DNA of 64,000 bases from an uncultured Acidobacteriota bacterium (GTDB taxonomy: Bacteria > Acidobacteriota > JAAYUB01), in contig CAYTBK010000001.1 in NCBI GenBank assembly GCA_964436005.1, positions 21,526 through 85,525 on the forward strand, given 5' to 3'. Within the stretch, counting starts at the first letter, position 1. Every line of letters begins with the position of its first letter. A program made the position numbers and the translations under genes. The notes beneath the pieces are model-generated. The model saw nothing but the letters and a program-made list of their open reading frames with translations. It was not told the origin of the DNA and searched no databases. Shown piece after piece: positions 1 to 10,711 of this stretch.

Positions 1-3
1 TTT

Positions 4-390
4 TTACTCGGCGCCCGGCTTCTTTGCGGCGGGAGGAAGCGCCGGACGGACCCGCAGGCGGCTCTCGTTGCGGATGGAAACCGTGCCCCGCTTGGCGCCC
101 CGGGGCTTGGAAACGTCCTTGGCCCGGCACATGGACACGCTGACCTCGCCTCCCTCCCGCATTTTCGAAAAGTAGGCCGCCACGGCGGCCGCCTCCTTCA
201 GGTCGGCCTTGGCAGGCTCCTCCCCGTCGGGTTGGACGCGCAGCACCACGTGGGAGCCGGGAAACCCGTGAACGTGGAACCAGTAGTCGTTGGCAGCGGC
301 CAGGCGGAGGGACAGGTACTCGTTGCCCTCGTCGTCCTGCCCGGCCAGCACCGAAAATCCTCCCGAAGTCGTGAATTCCTTGTATTTCAT
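4..390 (-). CDS. NFACT-R (DUF814) domain small RNA-binding-like protein, 128 aa
   Basis: This is the C-terminal part of the long GC-frame ORF 4..1524. A Lys-rich start MKYKEF sits at 390. The motif DYWFHVHGFPGSHVVLR is typical of the NFACT-R/DUF814 domain. The upstream 1.1 kb of the same ORF is a frame artefact overlapping the 450..1430 gene. Confidence 0.55.
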   Translation of the reverse strand: MKYKEFTTSGGFSVLAGQDDEGNEYLSLRLAAANDYWFHVHGFPGSHVVLRVQPDGEEPAKADLKEAAAVAAYFSKMREGGEVSVSMCRAKDVSKPRGAKRGTVSIRNESRLRVRPALPPAAKKPGAE

Positions 391-449
391 GAAGTTTTCC
401 CTCACCTGCCAAAATCCGGCGCCGTCTGCCCTGCCGGGACGGCGCGGAA

Positions 450-1268
450 TCAGCCCGTTTCCTTCTGCCCCCATTGACGCCTGCCTTCCTCCCACTCCCG
501 GAAAGGGGAGGCATTCAGGGCGACTCCGTGCAGGGTCAGGGCGCCATCCGGAACCGGGAGCGACGGCACCAGGACGGTGCGCCCCATGTTCCGCTTCAGG
601 TGGCCTTGTTCCCTCAGCCAGCCGCCCAGCCGGAGCATCCCCGCGTACTCGGCCAGGACCCGCAACCGCCGCAGCACCGCCTCGCTGCCCAGTTCCAGGA
701 CAAACTGCAGCAGCAAGCGCTGGCGCAGCTTCTTGCGCTTTTCCCGGGCGAGGGCCGCCAGTTCCTCCAGGGCCAGGAAAAGCCCCGGAAACGCCAGGGC
801 GTCGAGGATGACCCGTTCCGGCAGCGCCACCCGGAAAAGGCGCCCGCCATCGACGAATTCCGCCAGCCCGAAAGGGTACCGCAGCAGGTCCACCTTGTGC
901 CGCCGGATGGAAAAGCCTTCCCACTCCAAATCCGCGCCAGAACGCTCCGGCGCCACCCGGTCGATCCGGTTCCACTCGTGTGGGAAGAGCCCGTGGTGCG
1001 CCAGGGCGCACTTCCCCGTGAAATACCCTTCCGGATTGGCCACCAGGGCGCGATGGTACACCAGGGCCATGCCCGGCCGCGGCGATCCGGTCCGGGTGTA
1101 GATTCCCCGCCCCTGCGGCCGGATCTCGCCCAGACTGGCCCAATCCGAGCAGAGGCGCCAGGCCGTGGTGACGGACAGTGAAAAACGCTCGCGCAATTCC
1201 GCCGGCGAAAAGCAGGCCGGCATCTGGGTCAGCCAGGAAAGTCTTTCCAAAGACAGCGGTTTTTTCAT
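450..1268 (-). CDS. winged-helix protein with AbiEi-antitoxin-like N-terminal domain (GEIRPQGRGIY motif); C-terminal domain unknown
   Basis: ORF 450..1430. The likely start is the internal MKKPLSLERL, preceded by a GAGGA Shine-Dalgarno. The N-terminal wHTH ends with an RG-I-Y turn as in the AbiEi_4 family. There is no nucleotidyltransferase (AbiEii) partner. Confidence 0.4.
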   Translation of the reverse strand: MKKPLSLERLSWLTQMPACFSPAELRERFSLSVTTAWRLCSDWASLGEIRPQGRGIYTRTGSPRPGMALVYHRALVANPEGYFTGKCALAHHGLFPHEWNRIDRVAPERSGADLEWEGFSIRRHKVDLLRYPFGLAEFVDGGRLFRVALPERVILDALAFPGLFLALEELAALAREKRKKLRQRLLLQFVLELGSEAVLRRLRVLAEYAGMLRLGGWLREQGHLKRNMGRTVLVPSLPVPDGALTLHGVALNASPFREWEEGRRQWGQKETG

Positions 1269-1505
1269 GCGTCCTCGCGACCCGGCGGGAAGTGCGCACG
1301 CCCCCCGCGCGTCCGGAAGGATTGGATCGTTCAGCATACCAGAAAAGCCCTCCTGTTCCCAGCCTCGCCCGGATTTCCGGGAACACTTGACTTTGCCCCG
1401 ACCATGGCGTAAAAAAGATCCGGAAACCATCGGGAGTCATGCCGGACCGGAAGTATGCACCGACGGTCGCGCCCAGCGAAATGCAACCCACAGGAGGACA
1501 ATTCA

Positions 1506-2000
1506 ATGGCACAAGCCGCCGCACAGACCACCAAGCGGGAACGGGAGGGCAAATACCTGATCTACACCCTCAACAAGGAGGATTACGGGATCCGCATCAC
1601 CCAGGTCAAGGAGATCATCGGCCTCATGACCATCACCCAGGTCCCGCAGACTCCTCCCTTCGTCAAGGGCGTCATCAACCTCCGGGGCAAGGTCATCCCG
1701 GTCATCGACCTGAGGCTCCGGTTCGGCATGCCCGAGGCGGAATACAACGAACGGACCTGCATCGTGGTGGTGGAAGTGCAGACTGCCGCCAAGCGCATCC
1801 TGATGGGACTGGTGGTGGATGCGGTCTCCGAAGTGCAGAACATCCGCGACGAGGAAATCGAGGAGACGCCTTCTTTCGGCACCGACCTGAGCACCGAGTA
1901 CATCCTCGGCATGGCCAAGAAAGACGGCGGCGTAAAAATCCTGCTCGATATCGACAAAGTCCTGACGGACAAGGAACTCGAGGTCCTGGCCAAGCACTGA
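1506..2000 (+). CDS. cheW: chemotaxis coupling protein CheW
   Basis: The sequence VKGVINLRGKVIPVIDLRLRFG is a classic CheW core. AGGAGG lies 9 nt upstream of the ATG at 1506. The 5' part of track ORF 1455..2000 is excluded. Confidence 0.85.
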   Translation: MAQAAAQTTKREREGKYLIYTLNKEDYGIRITQVKEIIGLMTITQVPQTPPFVKGVINLRGKVIPVIDLRLRFGMPEAEYNERTCIVVVEVQTAAKRILMGLVVDAVSEVQNIRDEEIEETPSFGTDLSTEYILGMAKKDGGVKILLDIDKVLTDKELEVLAKH

Positions 2001-2037
2001 TCGCGAAAAGGGGATTTTCTTCCCGGCCGTTTTAGTT

Positions 2038-2072
2038 CCGGTTCCCGGAGGAAGGACTCCTCCGGGAACCGG
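2038..2072. terminator. perfect 15-bp-arm hairpin (CCGGTTCCCGGAGGA / TCCTCCGGGAACCGG) between convergent cheW and glgP; likely bidirectional terminator
   Basis: The inverted repeat was read directly. T-rich runs flank both sides. Confidence 0.6.
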
Positions 2073-2080
2073 TTCTGTCT

Positions 2081-4567
2081 TCAGGGCAGCCTCTCCAGCG
2101 GCACCGGCATGGGCGCCGCCTTCCAGATATCCTCCACGTACTGGCGGATGGTGCGGTCCGATGAGAAGAAACCGCTGCGGGCCGTGTTGAGAATGGACAT
2201 GCGGGTCCAGCGGTCCTCGTCGCAGAATGCCGCCTCCACGTCCCGCTGGCAGGCCAGGTAAGCCGGGAAATCCACCAGCAGGAGGTACTCGTCCTTCTGG
2301 ACCAGGGATTCCACGATGGGGCGGAAAGCCATGGGATCCCCCTTGGAGAAGACGCCCGAGGCGATGGCGTCCAGCGCCTGCCGGAGCTCCGGGCAGCGTC
2401 CCAGCGGCTCCGCCGGGTTGTAGCCGATGCTCTTCAGGGCCATGACCTCCGGGGCCGTCAGGCCGAAGAGGAAGAAATTGTCGGCGCCCACTTGCTCGCG
2501 GATCTCGATGTTGGCGCCGTCCAGCGTCCCGATGGTGATGGCGCCGTTCATGGAGAACTTCATGTTGCCCGTCCCCGAGGCCTCCTTCCCGGCCAGCGAG
2601 ATCTGCTCGGACAGGTCCGCCCCCGGGTAGACGATCTCGCCCTGGATCACGTTGAAGTTGGGCAGGAAAGCCACCCGGAGCTTGCCGACCGTGGCCGGAT
2701 CGGCGTTGACGGTTTCCGCGATGCAGTTGATCAGGTGGATGATGGCCTTGGCCATCTGGTAGCCGGGGGCCGCCTTGGCACCGAACAGCACCGCCCGCGG
2801 CAGGAAATCGGCTTTGGGTTCCTCCTTGATCTTCAGGTACAGGTGAACGACATGCAGCGCTTTCAGCAGCTGCCGCTTGTATTCGTGCAAGCGCTTCACC
2901 ATGATGTCGTACAGGGCGTCGGGCATGATGCGCACGCCGGTCCTCTCCTGGACCAGGTCGGCCAGGTCGGCCTTGTTCTTCCGCTTGATTTCCCGCCAGC
3001 GGGCCCGGAATTCACGATTGTCCGCCCAGGGTTCCAGCTCCTTCAGCCTGTCCAAATCGGTGGCCCAGCCGCTGCCGATGGTCTCCGTGATCAGGTCCGA
3101 CAGCCGCGGGTTGGCCATGAGCAGGAACCGCCGGGGCGTGACACCGTTGGTCTTGTTGTTGAACTTCTCCGGCCACAGGTCGTAAAATTCTGACAACGTT
3201 TTTTGTTTCAGAAGGTTGGAGTGCAGTTCGGCCACCCCGTTCACCGAGAAGGAACCGACCGCGGCCAAGTTGGCCATGCGCACGCGGCGTTCCGGCCCTT
3301 CTTCAATGATCGACATGCGGCGCAGCCGCTCCTGGTCGCCGGGGAAGGCCTTCCTGACCTCGTCCAGGAAGCGGGAGTTGATTTCATAGACGATTTCCAG
3401 GTGTCGCGGCAGGATCCGGCCGAACAACCCCACGGGCCACTTCTCGAGGGATTCCGGCAACAGGGTGTGGCAGGTGTAGGCGAACGCGCGCCGCGTCAGG
3501 TTCCAGGCGTCGTCCCACCCCAGGTGCACCTCGTCCAGGAAGATGCGCATCAGTTCCGGGATGGCCACCACCGGGTGGGTATCGTTGAGCTGGATGACCA
3601 CCTTGTCGGCGAATTCCTCCCACCCTTTCCGGGAAAACTTGATGAACCGGGACACGATGTTGCGGATGGAGCAGGCGACGAAGAAGTACTGCTGCTTGAG
3701 GCGGAGTTCCCGGCCCTGCGGCATGTTGTCGTTGGGGTACAGCACCTTGGAGATGTTCTCCGACGCCGTCTTCTGCTCGACAGCCCGGGCGTAGTCACCC
3801 ACGTCGAAGAGCTGGAAGTCGAATTCCTGGCTGGCCCGGGCCCGCCACAGACGCAAAAGGTTCACCGTGCCCGTTCCGTACCCCGGCACCAGCGTGTGGC
3901 AGGGCTCGCCGAGGACGGTCTGGTCGGGCAGCCAGCGGACCCGGAAGCGCCCCTTCTCGTCGTGGAATTGTTCCGTGCGCCCGCCGAACCCCACTTCCAC
4001 CACGTCGTCGGTCTGGGGGAACTCCCAGGGGTTGCCGTGGAAAAGCCACTCGTCCGGGCTTTCCACCTGCCGCCCGTCCCGGAAAGACTGGCGGAAGATG
4101 CCGAATTCGTAACGGATGCCATACCCCACCGCCGGGATGTCGAGGGTGGCCAGGGAGTCCATGAAGCAGGAGGCCAGGCGACCGAGCCCACCGTTGCCGA
4201 GCCCCGGTTCCGGCTCCATCTCGATCAGTTTGTCAAGGTCGAGCCCCAGGCCGGCCAGCGCTTCGCGGGCAACCTCCTTGAGACCGGTGTATTCCAGGTT
4301 CTGGGTGATCTGGCGTCCCGGCAGGTACTCCGCGGACAGGTAGTACACGAACTTGGGCCGGTTCAGGTAGTATTTGTCCACGGTCTGCCGCCACTGCCAG
4401 ACCAGGTGGTGACGGATGGTCAAGGCCAGGGCCATGTAGCGGTCGATGTCCGAAGCCGTGTAGGCGGCCTGCCCCCGGATGTAATACAGGCTGTCCTGCA
4501 TGTGTTTGCGGAAAGTCTCCACGCTCCGGTCCATGGGCTGAACTTTCGACGGAAGTTCCTTTTCCAT
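2081..4567 (-). CDS. glgP: glycogen/alpha-glucan phosphorylase
   Basis: 828 aa. The PLP-site motif [15 protein letters not shown] is present, and the fold matches the phosphorylase family over its full length. Confidence 0.9.
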   Translation of the reverse strand: MEKELPSKVQPMDRSVETFRKHMQDSLYYIRGQAAYTASDIDRYMALALTIRHHLVWQWRQTVDKYYLNRPKFVYYLSAEYLPGRQITQNLEYTGLKEVAREALAGLGLDLDKLIEMEPEPGLGNGGLGRLASCFMDSLATLDIPAVGYGIRYEFGIFRQSFRDGRQVESPDEWLFHGNPWEFPQTDDVVEVGFGGRTEQFHDEKGRFRVRWLPDQTVLGEPCHTLVPGYGTGTVNLLRLWRARASQEFDFQLFDVGDYARAVEQKTASENISKVLYPNDNMPQGRELRLKQQYFFVACSIRNIVSRFIKFSRKGWEEFADKVVIQLNDTHPVVAIPELMRIFLDEVHLGWDDAWNLTRRAFAYTCHTLLPESLEKWPVGLFGRILPRHLEIVYEINSRFLDEVRKAFPGDQERLRRMSIIEEGPERRVRMANLAAVGSFSVNGVAELHSNLLKQKTLSEFYDLWPEKFNNKTNGVTPRRFLLMANPRLSDLITETIGSGWATDLDRLKELEPWADNREFRARWREIKRKNKADLADLVQERTGVRIMPDALYDIMVKRLHEYKRQLLKALHVVHLYLKIKEEPKADFLPRAVLFGAKAAPGYQMAKAIIHLINCIAETVNADPATVGKLRVAFLPNFNVIQGEIVYPGADLSEQISLAGKEASGTGNMKFSMNGAITIGTLDGANIEIREQVGADNFFLFGLTAPEVMALKSIGYNPAEPLGRCPELRQALDAIASGVFSKGDPMAFRPIVESLVQKDEYLLLVDFPAYLACQRDVEAAFCDEDRWTRMSILNTARSGFFSSDRTIRQYVEDIWKAAPMPVPLERLP

Positions 4568-4702
4568 TCACTCCTCCTGGCTTCGTATTTCGTTGCCCCC
4601 GATGATAACGCAAACGGCAAGGAAAAGCCACCAGGGCCTCGTGCCGAAAAAGGCCGCGGCATGTTATAATTCCGCCTTTATGTTTCGGCGAGAGGATGTG
4701 CC

Positions 4703-5647
4703 ATGATGAAAGCGTGCAAAAAATCGATGGTGGCCCTGTTCGGGATCCTGATCTGCTGGTCGCCGGCCCTGCTCCGCGCGGCCGACCCGCTCCCCCTCGG
4801 GGACCTGGTGCGCAACCTGTCGCAGGCGCTGCACCGGGGCAGCTGGTTCCAGGACCGGTCCACCTACTATCAGCGCCTCTATATCGAGCGGTTCAAGAAC
4901 CGCCCGGTCGAGGGCCAGGCCCTGGCGGCCTTCTACCGCCGCCTCTCCGTGGCCGAAGTCAGCCCCACCGAGAAAGGCGAAGTGATCGCCCGCCTCGTTT
5001 ACGACACCGACGGCGACATGAAACCGAAGGATGTCAAACCCAGCAGCCGGAACGTGTTCGGTGCACCCGGCTTTCTGGAACTGGTCTTCTTCCCCTTGTA
5101 CCCCGAAAACGTGGAACTCTACGAGATCCTGGATCTGGGCGCCTCCTCCATCGACGGGGTGGAAACGCGCATGGTGCGCATCCTGCCCTGGCCCGGCGGC
5201 GAGAAGAAGCCCCTGGTGGAAGGCGTCTTCCACGTGGACCCGTACACCGGCCGGCCCATCCGCCTCTCCGTCACCCGGCTGCACAACTTCGACGCCCTGG
5301 ATTCCCGGCTGAAAAAGCTGCTGGAGTTCCGCTGCGAACTGGATTACCGGACCCTCCCCAACGAGGTTTCCGTGCCGTGGAAAGGCAAGGGGAACGGCAA
5401 CTCCGAGGTCATCCGCTGGAACGGGTTCTTCAATTTCACCTTCCATGAGTGGGACTTCCGCCCGAGCGCCCTCCCCAAGTACGCCGAGGTGAAGCCCTAC
5501 TACGAGAAAATGGAGGGGTTCCGCGACCCGGCTCCCCCCGACACCCCCGCGGTGGGCAATCGTTTGCCGGACGCGACCTCGGCCGAGCCGGCCGAAGGTT
5601 CCAATGGTCCGGTGGAAGAAGACCTGCCGGAAGGGGACCGCCGATGA
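4703..5647 (+). CDS. exported hypothetical protein (N-terminal signal peptide)
   Basis: 314 aa. The signal MMKACKKSMVALFGILICWSPALLRAADP was read directly. GAGAGG lies upstream. The stop overlaps the rsmD start (ATGA). Confidence 0.6.
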   Translation: MMKACKKSMVALFGILICWSPALLRAADPLPLGDLVRNLSQALHRGSWFQDRSTYYQRLYIERFKNRPVEGQALAAFYRRLSVAEVSPTEKGEVIARLVYDTDGDMKPKDVKPSSRNVFGAPGFLELVFFPLYPENVELYEILDLGASSIDGVETRMVRILPWPGGEKKPLVEGVFHVDPYTGRPIRLSVTRLHNFDALDSRLKKLLEFRCELDYRTLPNEVSVPWKGKGNGNSEVIRWNGFFNFTFHEWDFRPSALPKYAEVKPYYEKMEGFRDPAPPDTPAVGNRLPDATSAEPAEGSNGPVEEDLPEGDRR

Positions 5648-6234
5648 GGGTTTCGGGCGGCCGGTACAAGGGCCGCCGCCTCTTCGCCCCGGCAGACCTG
5701 GACATCCGTCCGACCATCGCCCGGCTGAAGGAGTGTTATTTCAACATCGTCCGGGAACGCGTGAGCGGGGCGCGCTTCCTGGACGTCTGCGCCGGCACCG
5801 GCAGCATGGGGATCGAGGCGCTGAGCCTGGGCGCGGCGGAAGTGGTTTTCGTGGACGCCTCGCCGCAATCCCGGGCCCTGGTGGGCAGGAACCTGGCCCA
5901 GTGCGGGATCCGGGACGGGTACCGCCAGGTCACCGGTGACCTTTTCAAGGAACTTCCGAAGCTGGAACGCGAAGGCCCCCCCTTCGACCTCGTCTACTTC
6001 GATCCGCCGTACTTCCAGGGCCTGTACGAGCGGGCGCTGACGCTGATGGGCAAGGGGCGCCTGCTGGCGGTGAACGGCCTGCTCTGCACCAACCACTTCA
6101 AGAAGACCGTCGTCCCCCCGGCCGCGGGTTCCCTGCGGCTTTCCCGGGAAGTGCGCCAGGGAGACTCGGTCCTGGCCTTCTACGAACACGTCAGGGATAC
6201 TCTTTCCGAACCGGCGGCCACGTCCGAAGCCTAA
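5644..6234 (+). CDS. rsmD: 16S rRNA (guanine966-N2)-methyltransferase RsmD
   Basis: Glycine-rich SAM motif VCAGTGSMGIEAL and the DPPY motif (VYFDPPYFQG) are present. Start is at MRVSGGRYKG inside ORF 5449..6234. Confidence 0.8.
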   Translation: MRVSGGRYKGRRLFAPADLDIRPTIARLKECYFNIVRERVSGARFLDVCAGTGSMGIEALSLGAAEVVFVDASPQSRALVGRNLAQCGIRDGYRQVTGDLFKELPKLEREGPPFDLVYFDPPYFQGLYERALTLMGKGRLLAVNGLLCTNHFKKTVVPPAAGSLRLSREVRQGDSVLAFYEHVRDTLSEPAATSEA

Positions 6235-6301
6235 GCATCACTTCCGATTCGATGCCACAAACCCTCTTCGCGCTCTCCGCGCCTTCGCGTGCGCGCGTCG
6301 A

Positions 6302-7990
6302 TCACTTCTTGCCCTTGAAAAGGGACTTCATGTCCATTTTCAGGAAATCCTTGAGCTGGGCGCTCTTCTTGGTCGCGATACCGAGGGCGTGCTTCGCGGT
6401 TTCGTTCTCGGGGTCGATCTCCAGCACCCTCTCCCAGTAACGCCGGGCCCTGGACTTGAGCTGAACCTTCTCGTAGAGGAGGGCCAGTTCCAGAAGGAAC
6501 TCGATGCGGTTGGGACTGAGCTCCTCGGCCTTCAGCAGCCGCTCCTCCGCCTCCTTCAGCTTCTGGGGGAGCATGCACAGCGTCTTGCCGAGCATGAACT
6601 GGAGTTCCGGCTTCTCCGGCTCCAGCCGCACCGCCTCGCGGAAGTGCTCCATGGCGTCGAAGAACTTCTTCTGCTTGAACGCTTCCTTGCCGTGGGTGAA
6701 GTGCTGCAGCGCCTTGTGCGCCTGGTTCTCGAAGGCGCGCTCCTTCTCCTTGGGCTCGGGCGGGGCTCCCGGCGCCGAGGCCGGGGCCGCCGCCAGCTTC
6801 GGCTGGGGAGGGTGGCGCTCGTCGTACGAGGCCCGCTTCACGGGGTCCTTGAGGGTCTCGTACGCCGTCGTGATGCCCACGAAGACCGCGTCGACCATCT
6901 TCAAAAACTCCGGGTCCTTGATGCTGTGGAACAGGTCGGGGTGGAACTTGCGCGTCCGGTCGAAATACGCCTTCTTGACTTCCTCCGGGGCGGCCCCGGC
7001 CGCCAGGTCCAACACGGCGTAGTAATCGTGCTTCTCCACCAGGATGGCCATGTCGAGGACGTCTTCGCGCACGTCCTGGGGCACGGTCCCCGCCGGGCTT
7101 TCCTTCGGCGGCTCGGCCGGCCGTCGCGGTGGCGGCGCCGGTGCCGGAGGGGGAGCGGGGGGCGCGCTTTCCTCTTTCCGTTCGGCCGGCCGCGGTTCGG
7201 TCCGCCGAGGCGGAGGAGACGGCTCCTCTTTCGAAAAGACCGTTTCCTTCCGCCCCGCTCCGGACGGCCGGGCGGAACTGGCGCCGAAAGGCGAAGGGCC
7301 GGCCGGCCGCGGAGAATCAGGCGCTGCGGACGGCGGGACTTTGATGATGCCAAAAAATTGCAGTAGCAATGCGGTGCGCAGGGTCAGGTCTTCCGGCAGG
7401 GCGCAGCTCAGGACCAGGTCGTGCAACGACAGGCCGTTCTGCAGACGCGTCAGGACGAACGCCTGCTGGGGCGTCAGTGGAATCCGCGAGGCCCTGGCCA
7501 TGAAATCGGCCGGGATGTCCAGTTTGCGGGCCAGGTTTCCCAACTGCGCCCGCACGGCCGATTCCGCCAGGCACTGGGAAAAATAGGCCGACAGGACGGC
7601 CGCAGCGGAAATCTTCCCCCCACCCTCCGCGGGTTCCACCGGCGAAATGAGGAACTGGATGGAAACGGATATTCCGGGCCGGGACAGGTCGGCCAGCGCG
7701 CCGGCCAAAAAGCCCACCACTGCGGCCATGGCTTCCCTGGTGCCGGGGAAGGAGGAGAGGGAGGCCCCCTCGGGAGATTCCCGCGGCAGGGGGCTTTCGC
7801 CCAGGGGAGTCACCCCGATGCGGCCCAGGATGTCCGTGTCGAGGGAGACGATCCGCCCTGAGGCCAGCCCCAGGTGCAACCGCCGATTCTCGAAAGGCAT
7901 CTCGAGGATTCCGGAGGCGTCGTCCTCGTAGACGTTCTTGACGACCTTCAGGATGCTCCCTTCCGCAATGTCACCGCTCATCTTTCCCAT
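6302..7990 (-). CDS. J-domain (DnaJ-like) protein with N-terminal DUF4388-like domain, Pro-rich linker and C-terminal TPR repeats
   Basis: 562 aa. The J-domain is DYYAVLDL...KKAYF...FHPDL. The N-terminal [28 protein letters not shown] resembles DUF4388. The C-terminus carries TPR-like repeats. Confidence 0.75.
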   Translation of the reverse strand: MGKMSGDIAEGSILKVVKNVYEDDASGILEMPFENRRLHLGLASGRIVSLDTDILGRIGVTPLGESPLPRESPEGASLSSFPGTREAMAAVVGFLAGALADLSRPGISVSIQFLISPVEPAEGGGKISAAAVLSAYFSQCLAESAVRAQLGNLARKLDIPADFMARASRIPLTPQQAFVLTRLQNGLSLHDLVLSCALPEDLTLRTALLLQFFGIIKVPPSAAPDSPRPAGPSPFGASSARPSGAGRKETVFSKEEPSPPPRRTEPRPAERKEESAPPAPPPAPAPPPRRPAEPPKESPAGTVPQDVREDVLDMAILVEKHDYYAVLDLAAGAAPEEVKKAYFDRTRKFHPDLFHSIKDPEFLKMVDAVFVGITTAYETLKDPVKRASYDERHPPQPKLAAAPASAPGAPPEPKEKERAFENQAHKALQHFTHGKEAFKQKKFFDAMEHFREAVRLEPEKPELQFMLGKTLCMLPQKLKEAEERLLKAEELSPNRIEFLLELALLYEKVQLKSRARRYWERVLEIDPENETAKHALGIATKKSAQLKDFLKMDMKSLFKGKK

Positions 7991-9002
7991 CCAAGGATTC
8001 CAGGCGTTTTTCCAGGCTCCGGATCCGCGCCTGCAGTTCCGGGAGCTTCGGGAAAAGGAGCATGGCCCGGATGTAGAGCTTGCGGTCCGTCGCCGCCCAA
8101 CCCCACAGCGAACTGCCGGGCGCCACGTCTCCGGGGATGCCGCTCTTGGGGTAGATCTTCGCCCCGTCGCCCACCTTGCGGTGCCCGACGATCCCGACCT
8201 GCCCGGCGATCATGCAGTGAGCGCCGACCTGGGTGCTGCCGGCGATTCCGGTCTGCGACGCGATGACGGTGTCTTCGCCGACCTGGACCCCGTGGCCGAT
8301 CTGGATCAGATTGTCGAGCTTCGCGCCCCGCCGGATGATGGTGTCGTCCAAAGCTCCGCGGTCCACGCAGGTGTTGGCCTGGATCTCCACGTCGTCTTCC
8401 AGCACCACTCGCCCCGCCTGCGGGATCTTGTGGAAAACGCCCTTCTCGTCCGGGGCGAAACCGAAACCGTCCGCCCCGATGATGCAGCCGTTCTGCAGGA
8501 TTACGCGGTTCCCGAGCACGCAATTCTCCCGGATGACGCAATTGGAGTGGACGAGCACGTCGTCGCCCGCCTCCACGCCCGGGTAGACCGTGGAGTTCGG
8601 CAGGATGCGGACGCGGTTCCCCAGGCGGGCACCGGCGCCGATGACGACGTGAGCGCCGATGTGGCACGCCTCGCCCAAGGTCGCCGTGGGGTCGATGACG
8701 GCGGACGGGTGGACGAAGGGGCCTTCGGGAAGGGGCTGCGAATAGAAGAGCGGCACGGCCCGCGCATAGGACAGGTAGGGGTTGTCGGAACGGATGAGGG
8801 GCCTTCCCCAGGACGGGGTTTTCCGGCCCACGATGAATGCCCCGGCCCCGGAAGCCTTGGCCTTGGCGATCTGCTGGTCCTCGACCAGGAAGGAGAGTTG
8901 CTCGCCGCCGGCGGATTCCAGGCTCCGGATTCCGCTCAGGTCGGGATCCTCCGGACCTTCGAACGTGCATCCCGCGGCCACGGCGATTTCGCTCAGTTTC
9001 AT
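7971..9002 (-). CDS. lpxD: UDP-3-O-acylglucosamine N-acyltransferase LpxD
   Basis: Left-handed beta-helix hexapeptide repeats and an N-terminal LpxD-type domain are present. The start [11 protein letters not shown] at 9002 has a strong AAGGAGG Shine-Dalgarno. Confidence 0.85.
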   Translation of the reverse strand: MKLSEIAVAAGCTFEGPEDPDLSGIRSLESAGGEQLSFLVEDQQIAKAKASGAGAFIVGRKTPSWGRPLIRSDNPYLSYARAVPLFYSQPLPEGPFVHPSAVIDPTATLGEACHIGAHVVIGAGARLGNRVRILPNSTVYPGVEAGDDVLVHSNCVIRENCVLGNRVILQNGCIIGADGFGFAPDEKGVFHKIPQAGRVVLEDDVEIQANTCVDRGALDDTIIRRGAKLDNLIQIGHGVQVGEDTVIASQTGIAGSTQVGAHCMIAGQVGIVGHRKVGDGAKIYPKSGIPGDVAPGSSLWGWAATDRKLYIRAMLLFPKLPELQARIRSLEKRLESLDGKDER

Positions 9003-9045
9003 GCTCTGTCCTCCTTCCCCGGTGTCTGTGTGCGGCTGACTACGC

Positions 9046-9051
9046 ATTATA
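9046..9051 (-). promoter_or_regulatory. perfect TATAAT -10 hexamer upstream of lpxD (minus strand)
   Basis: The minus-sense sequence reads ccgtgTATAATgcg, 45 nt upstream of the lpxD ATG. The -35 is weak. Confidence 0.3.
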
Positions 9052-9182
9052 CACGGAGAGAGAAATCTTGCGGGATGAGAAAAGAAGGCCTTCCTCCTCC
9101 GAAATGGAAATCGCCGCCCTGCGCGGTCCTGCGCAAGACGGCGATTCGGGACCTCCCGCCGGCCATCCGACGGCCGGAAGGC

Positions 9183-9344
9183 TCAGTCCGCCGGTTCGAA
9201 GTCGCCTTTCCCGACGCCGCACTCGGGGCAAACCCAGTCGTCCGGCAGGTCTTCGAACGACGTGCCCGGGGGGATGCTGGAGTCAGGATCGCCCACGGCC
9301 GGGTCATACACGTAACCACAGATCGAACACACGTACTTCTTCAT
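9183..9344 (-). CDS. rubredoxin
   Basis: 53 aa starting [15 protein letters not shown], with two CxxC pairs (CSIC...CPEC). A GAGGAGG Shine-Dalgarno is present. Confidence 0.85.
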   Translation of the reverse strand: MKKYVCSICGYVYDPAVGDPDSSIPPGTSFEDLPDDWVCPECGVGKGDFEPAD

Positions 9345-9453
9345 CGGGCCTCCTCGCGATTGGTTTGTGCTCAAAGGATCCCCAAGGATCCCGGGGAAAA
9401 TGTTTCGATGACCCGGACGGGGAAAAGATTCATCCCCGCCCCGGTGTTCCGGC

Positions 9454-10659
9454 TCAGGCCGGGGACCCCGTCAACCGCCGGGCGATCATCCGTCCCAGCT
9501 CGACGCAGGGGAGGAGCGCCTCGGCCGAAGGAACGTACTGGACCTGTATGCCTTCCCCCACCAGCTCGACGCCCATGGCCTTCAACTGCTCGTCCAGCTG
9601 CTGGACGGTCTTCCCGGACCACCCGTAAGAGCCGAAGGAGGCCCCCACCAGGCCCTTCCGCTTCAGCCCCCTGAGGTAGCACAGGACGTCCGCCACGGTG
9701 GGGAACATCTGGTTGTTGAGGGTGGGCGACCCGACGACGAGGGCGCCCGCCTCCAGGATCTCGGTGGCCACATCGCTCCGGTGGCTCCCGGACAGCGGCA
9801 TGAGCCTGGGCAGCGCCCCGCCGGCGGCCAGGCCCTCCTCGACGGCCCGGGCCATCTTCTCGGTGCTCCCCCACATGGTGTCGTACACCACGACGGCCTT
9901 GCGGGTGGGCTTCTGGCTGGCCCACCCCACGTAAAGGTCCAGGATGCGCCCGGTGTCCTGCCGCCAGATCGGCCCATGGTCGGGCGCGATGACGTCCAAC
10001 CGCAGCCCGCTGGCGACCACCTTCTCGGCCAGCTTGAGCACCAGCGGCGAGTAGGGCAGCAGGATGTTCCCGTAGTAGCGGGCGGCCTCCTCGCGCAGCA
10101 GTTTCTCGTCCATCTCGTCGGCGAAGCGTTGGGCGGAGGCCAGGTGCATGCCGAACCCGTCCTGGGAGAAGAGCAGGTTCCGCTCGGGGAGGTAGGAGAA
10201 CATGCTGTCCGGCCAGTGGAGCATCCGCGTTTCCATGAAGTGGAACGTGAACCCGCCGGCGTCGAAGACGGAACCTTCCGCCACCGCCTCGAGCCCCGGG
10301 ATGGCCCCGAAGTGCATGGTCAGGGCCTTCACGCCCTGCTCCGAGGCCAGGATCCGCTCGGGCCGGATCGCCGCCGCCGCTTCGGGCAGGCAGCCCGAGT
10401 GGTCCATTTCCGCGTGGTGCGAAATGATGACGTCGATGGAGGCCGGGTCCACCACCGAGGCCACCCGGGCCATCATCTCGCCGAAGAAGGGTTTCTTCAC
10501 CGTGTCGATGAGGACCGTCTTCTTGCCCTGGACGAGGAAGGCGTTGTAGGTGGTGCCGCGCTTGGTGGCGTAGCCGTGGAAGTCGCGAACGCCCCAGTCC
10601 ACCGCGCCCACCCAGTGGATCCCCTCGACCACCTTCACCGCGTTGAAAACATTGGCCAT
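9454..10659 (-). CDS. flavodiiron protein (rubredoxin:oxygen/NO oxidoreductase, FprA/ROO-like)
   Basis: It has a metallo-beta-lactamase-like domain with the di-iron motif HHAEMDH plus a C-terminal flavodoxin domain. The start [11 protein letters not shown] is at 10659. Confidence 0.85.
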   Translation of the reverse strand: MANVFNAVKVVEGIHWVGAVDWGVRDFHGYATKRGTTYNAFLVQGKKTVLIDTVKKPFFGEMMARVASVVDPASIDVIISHHAEMDHSGCLPEAAAAIRPERILASEQGVKALTMHFGAIPGLEAVAEGSVFDAGGFTFHFMETRMLHWPDSMFSYLPERNLLFSQDGFGMHLASAQRFADEMDEKLLREEAARYYGNILLPYSPLVLKLAEKVVASGLRLDVIAPDHGPIWRQDTGRILDLYVGWASQKPTRKAVVVYDTMWGSTEKMARAVEEGLAAGGALPRLMPLSGSHRSDVATEILEAGALVVGSPTLNNQMFPTVADVLCYLRGLKRKGLVGASFGSYGWSGKTVQQLDEQLKAMGVELVGEGIQVQYVPSAEALLPCVELGRMIARRLTGSPA

Positions 10660-10687
10660 GACTCGAATCTCCCCCTTGTTGACGTTG

Positions 10688-10699
10688 GGCACCGGTGCC
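10688..10699. promoter_or_regulatory. 12-bp perfect palindrome GGCACCGGTGCC in the FDP leader
   Basis: It lies between the -10 and the FDP start codon, and is a candidate operator. Confidence 0.3.
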
Positions 10700-10711
10700 G
10701 TTCGAAAGGGG

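Noticed and set aside
4-1524. 506-aa ORF on the minus strand spanning the first 1.5 kb
   Set aside because: Only the last 128 codons (4..390) look like a real protein (NFACT-R). The rest is Arg/Gly/Pro-rich and overlaps, in another frame, the better-supported 450..1268 gene. This is a typical GC-rich frame artefact.
7978-8970. Long Arg/Pro/Gly-rich ORFs overlapping lpxD. Similar ORFs occur at 9371..10933, 10890..11762, 34132..36141, 38095..39042, 41480..42328, 45979..47856, 47943..49877, 51193..52845, 55901..56932 and elsewhere
   Set aside because: They sit on the opposite strand or in an alternative frame of genes with clear family signatures. Their composition is low-complexity RPG-rich. 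No SD or start context is present. They are expected by chance at about 68% GC.
9148-9167. Hairpin CCGGCC-atccgac-GGCCGG after rubredoxin as a terminator
   Set aside because: The stem is short, and on the minus strand no U-rich tract follows. lpxD downstream is probably co-transcribed or driven by the TATAAT at 9046.
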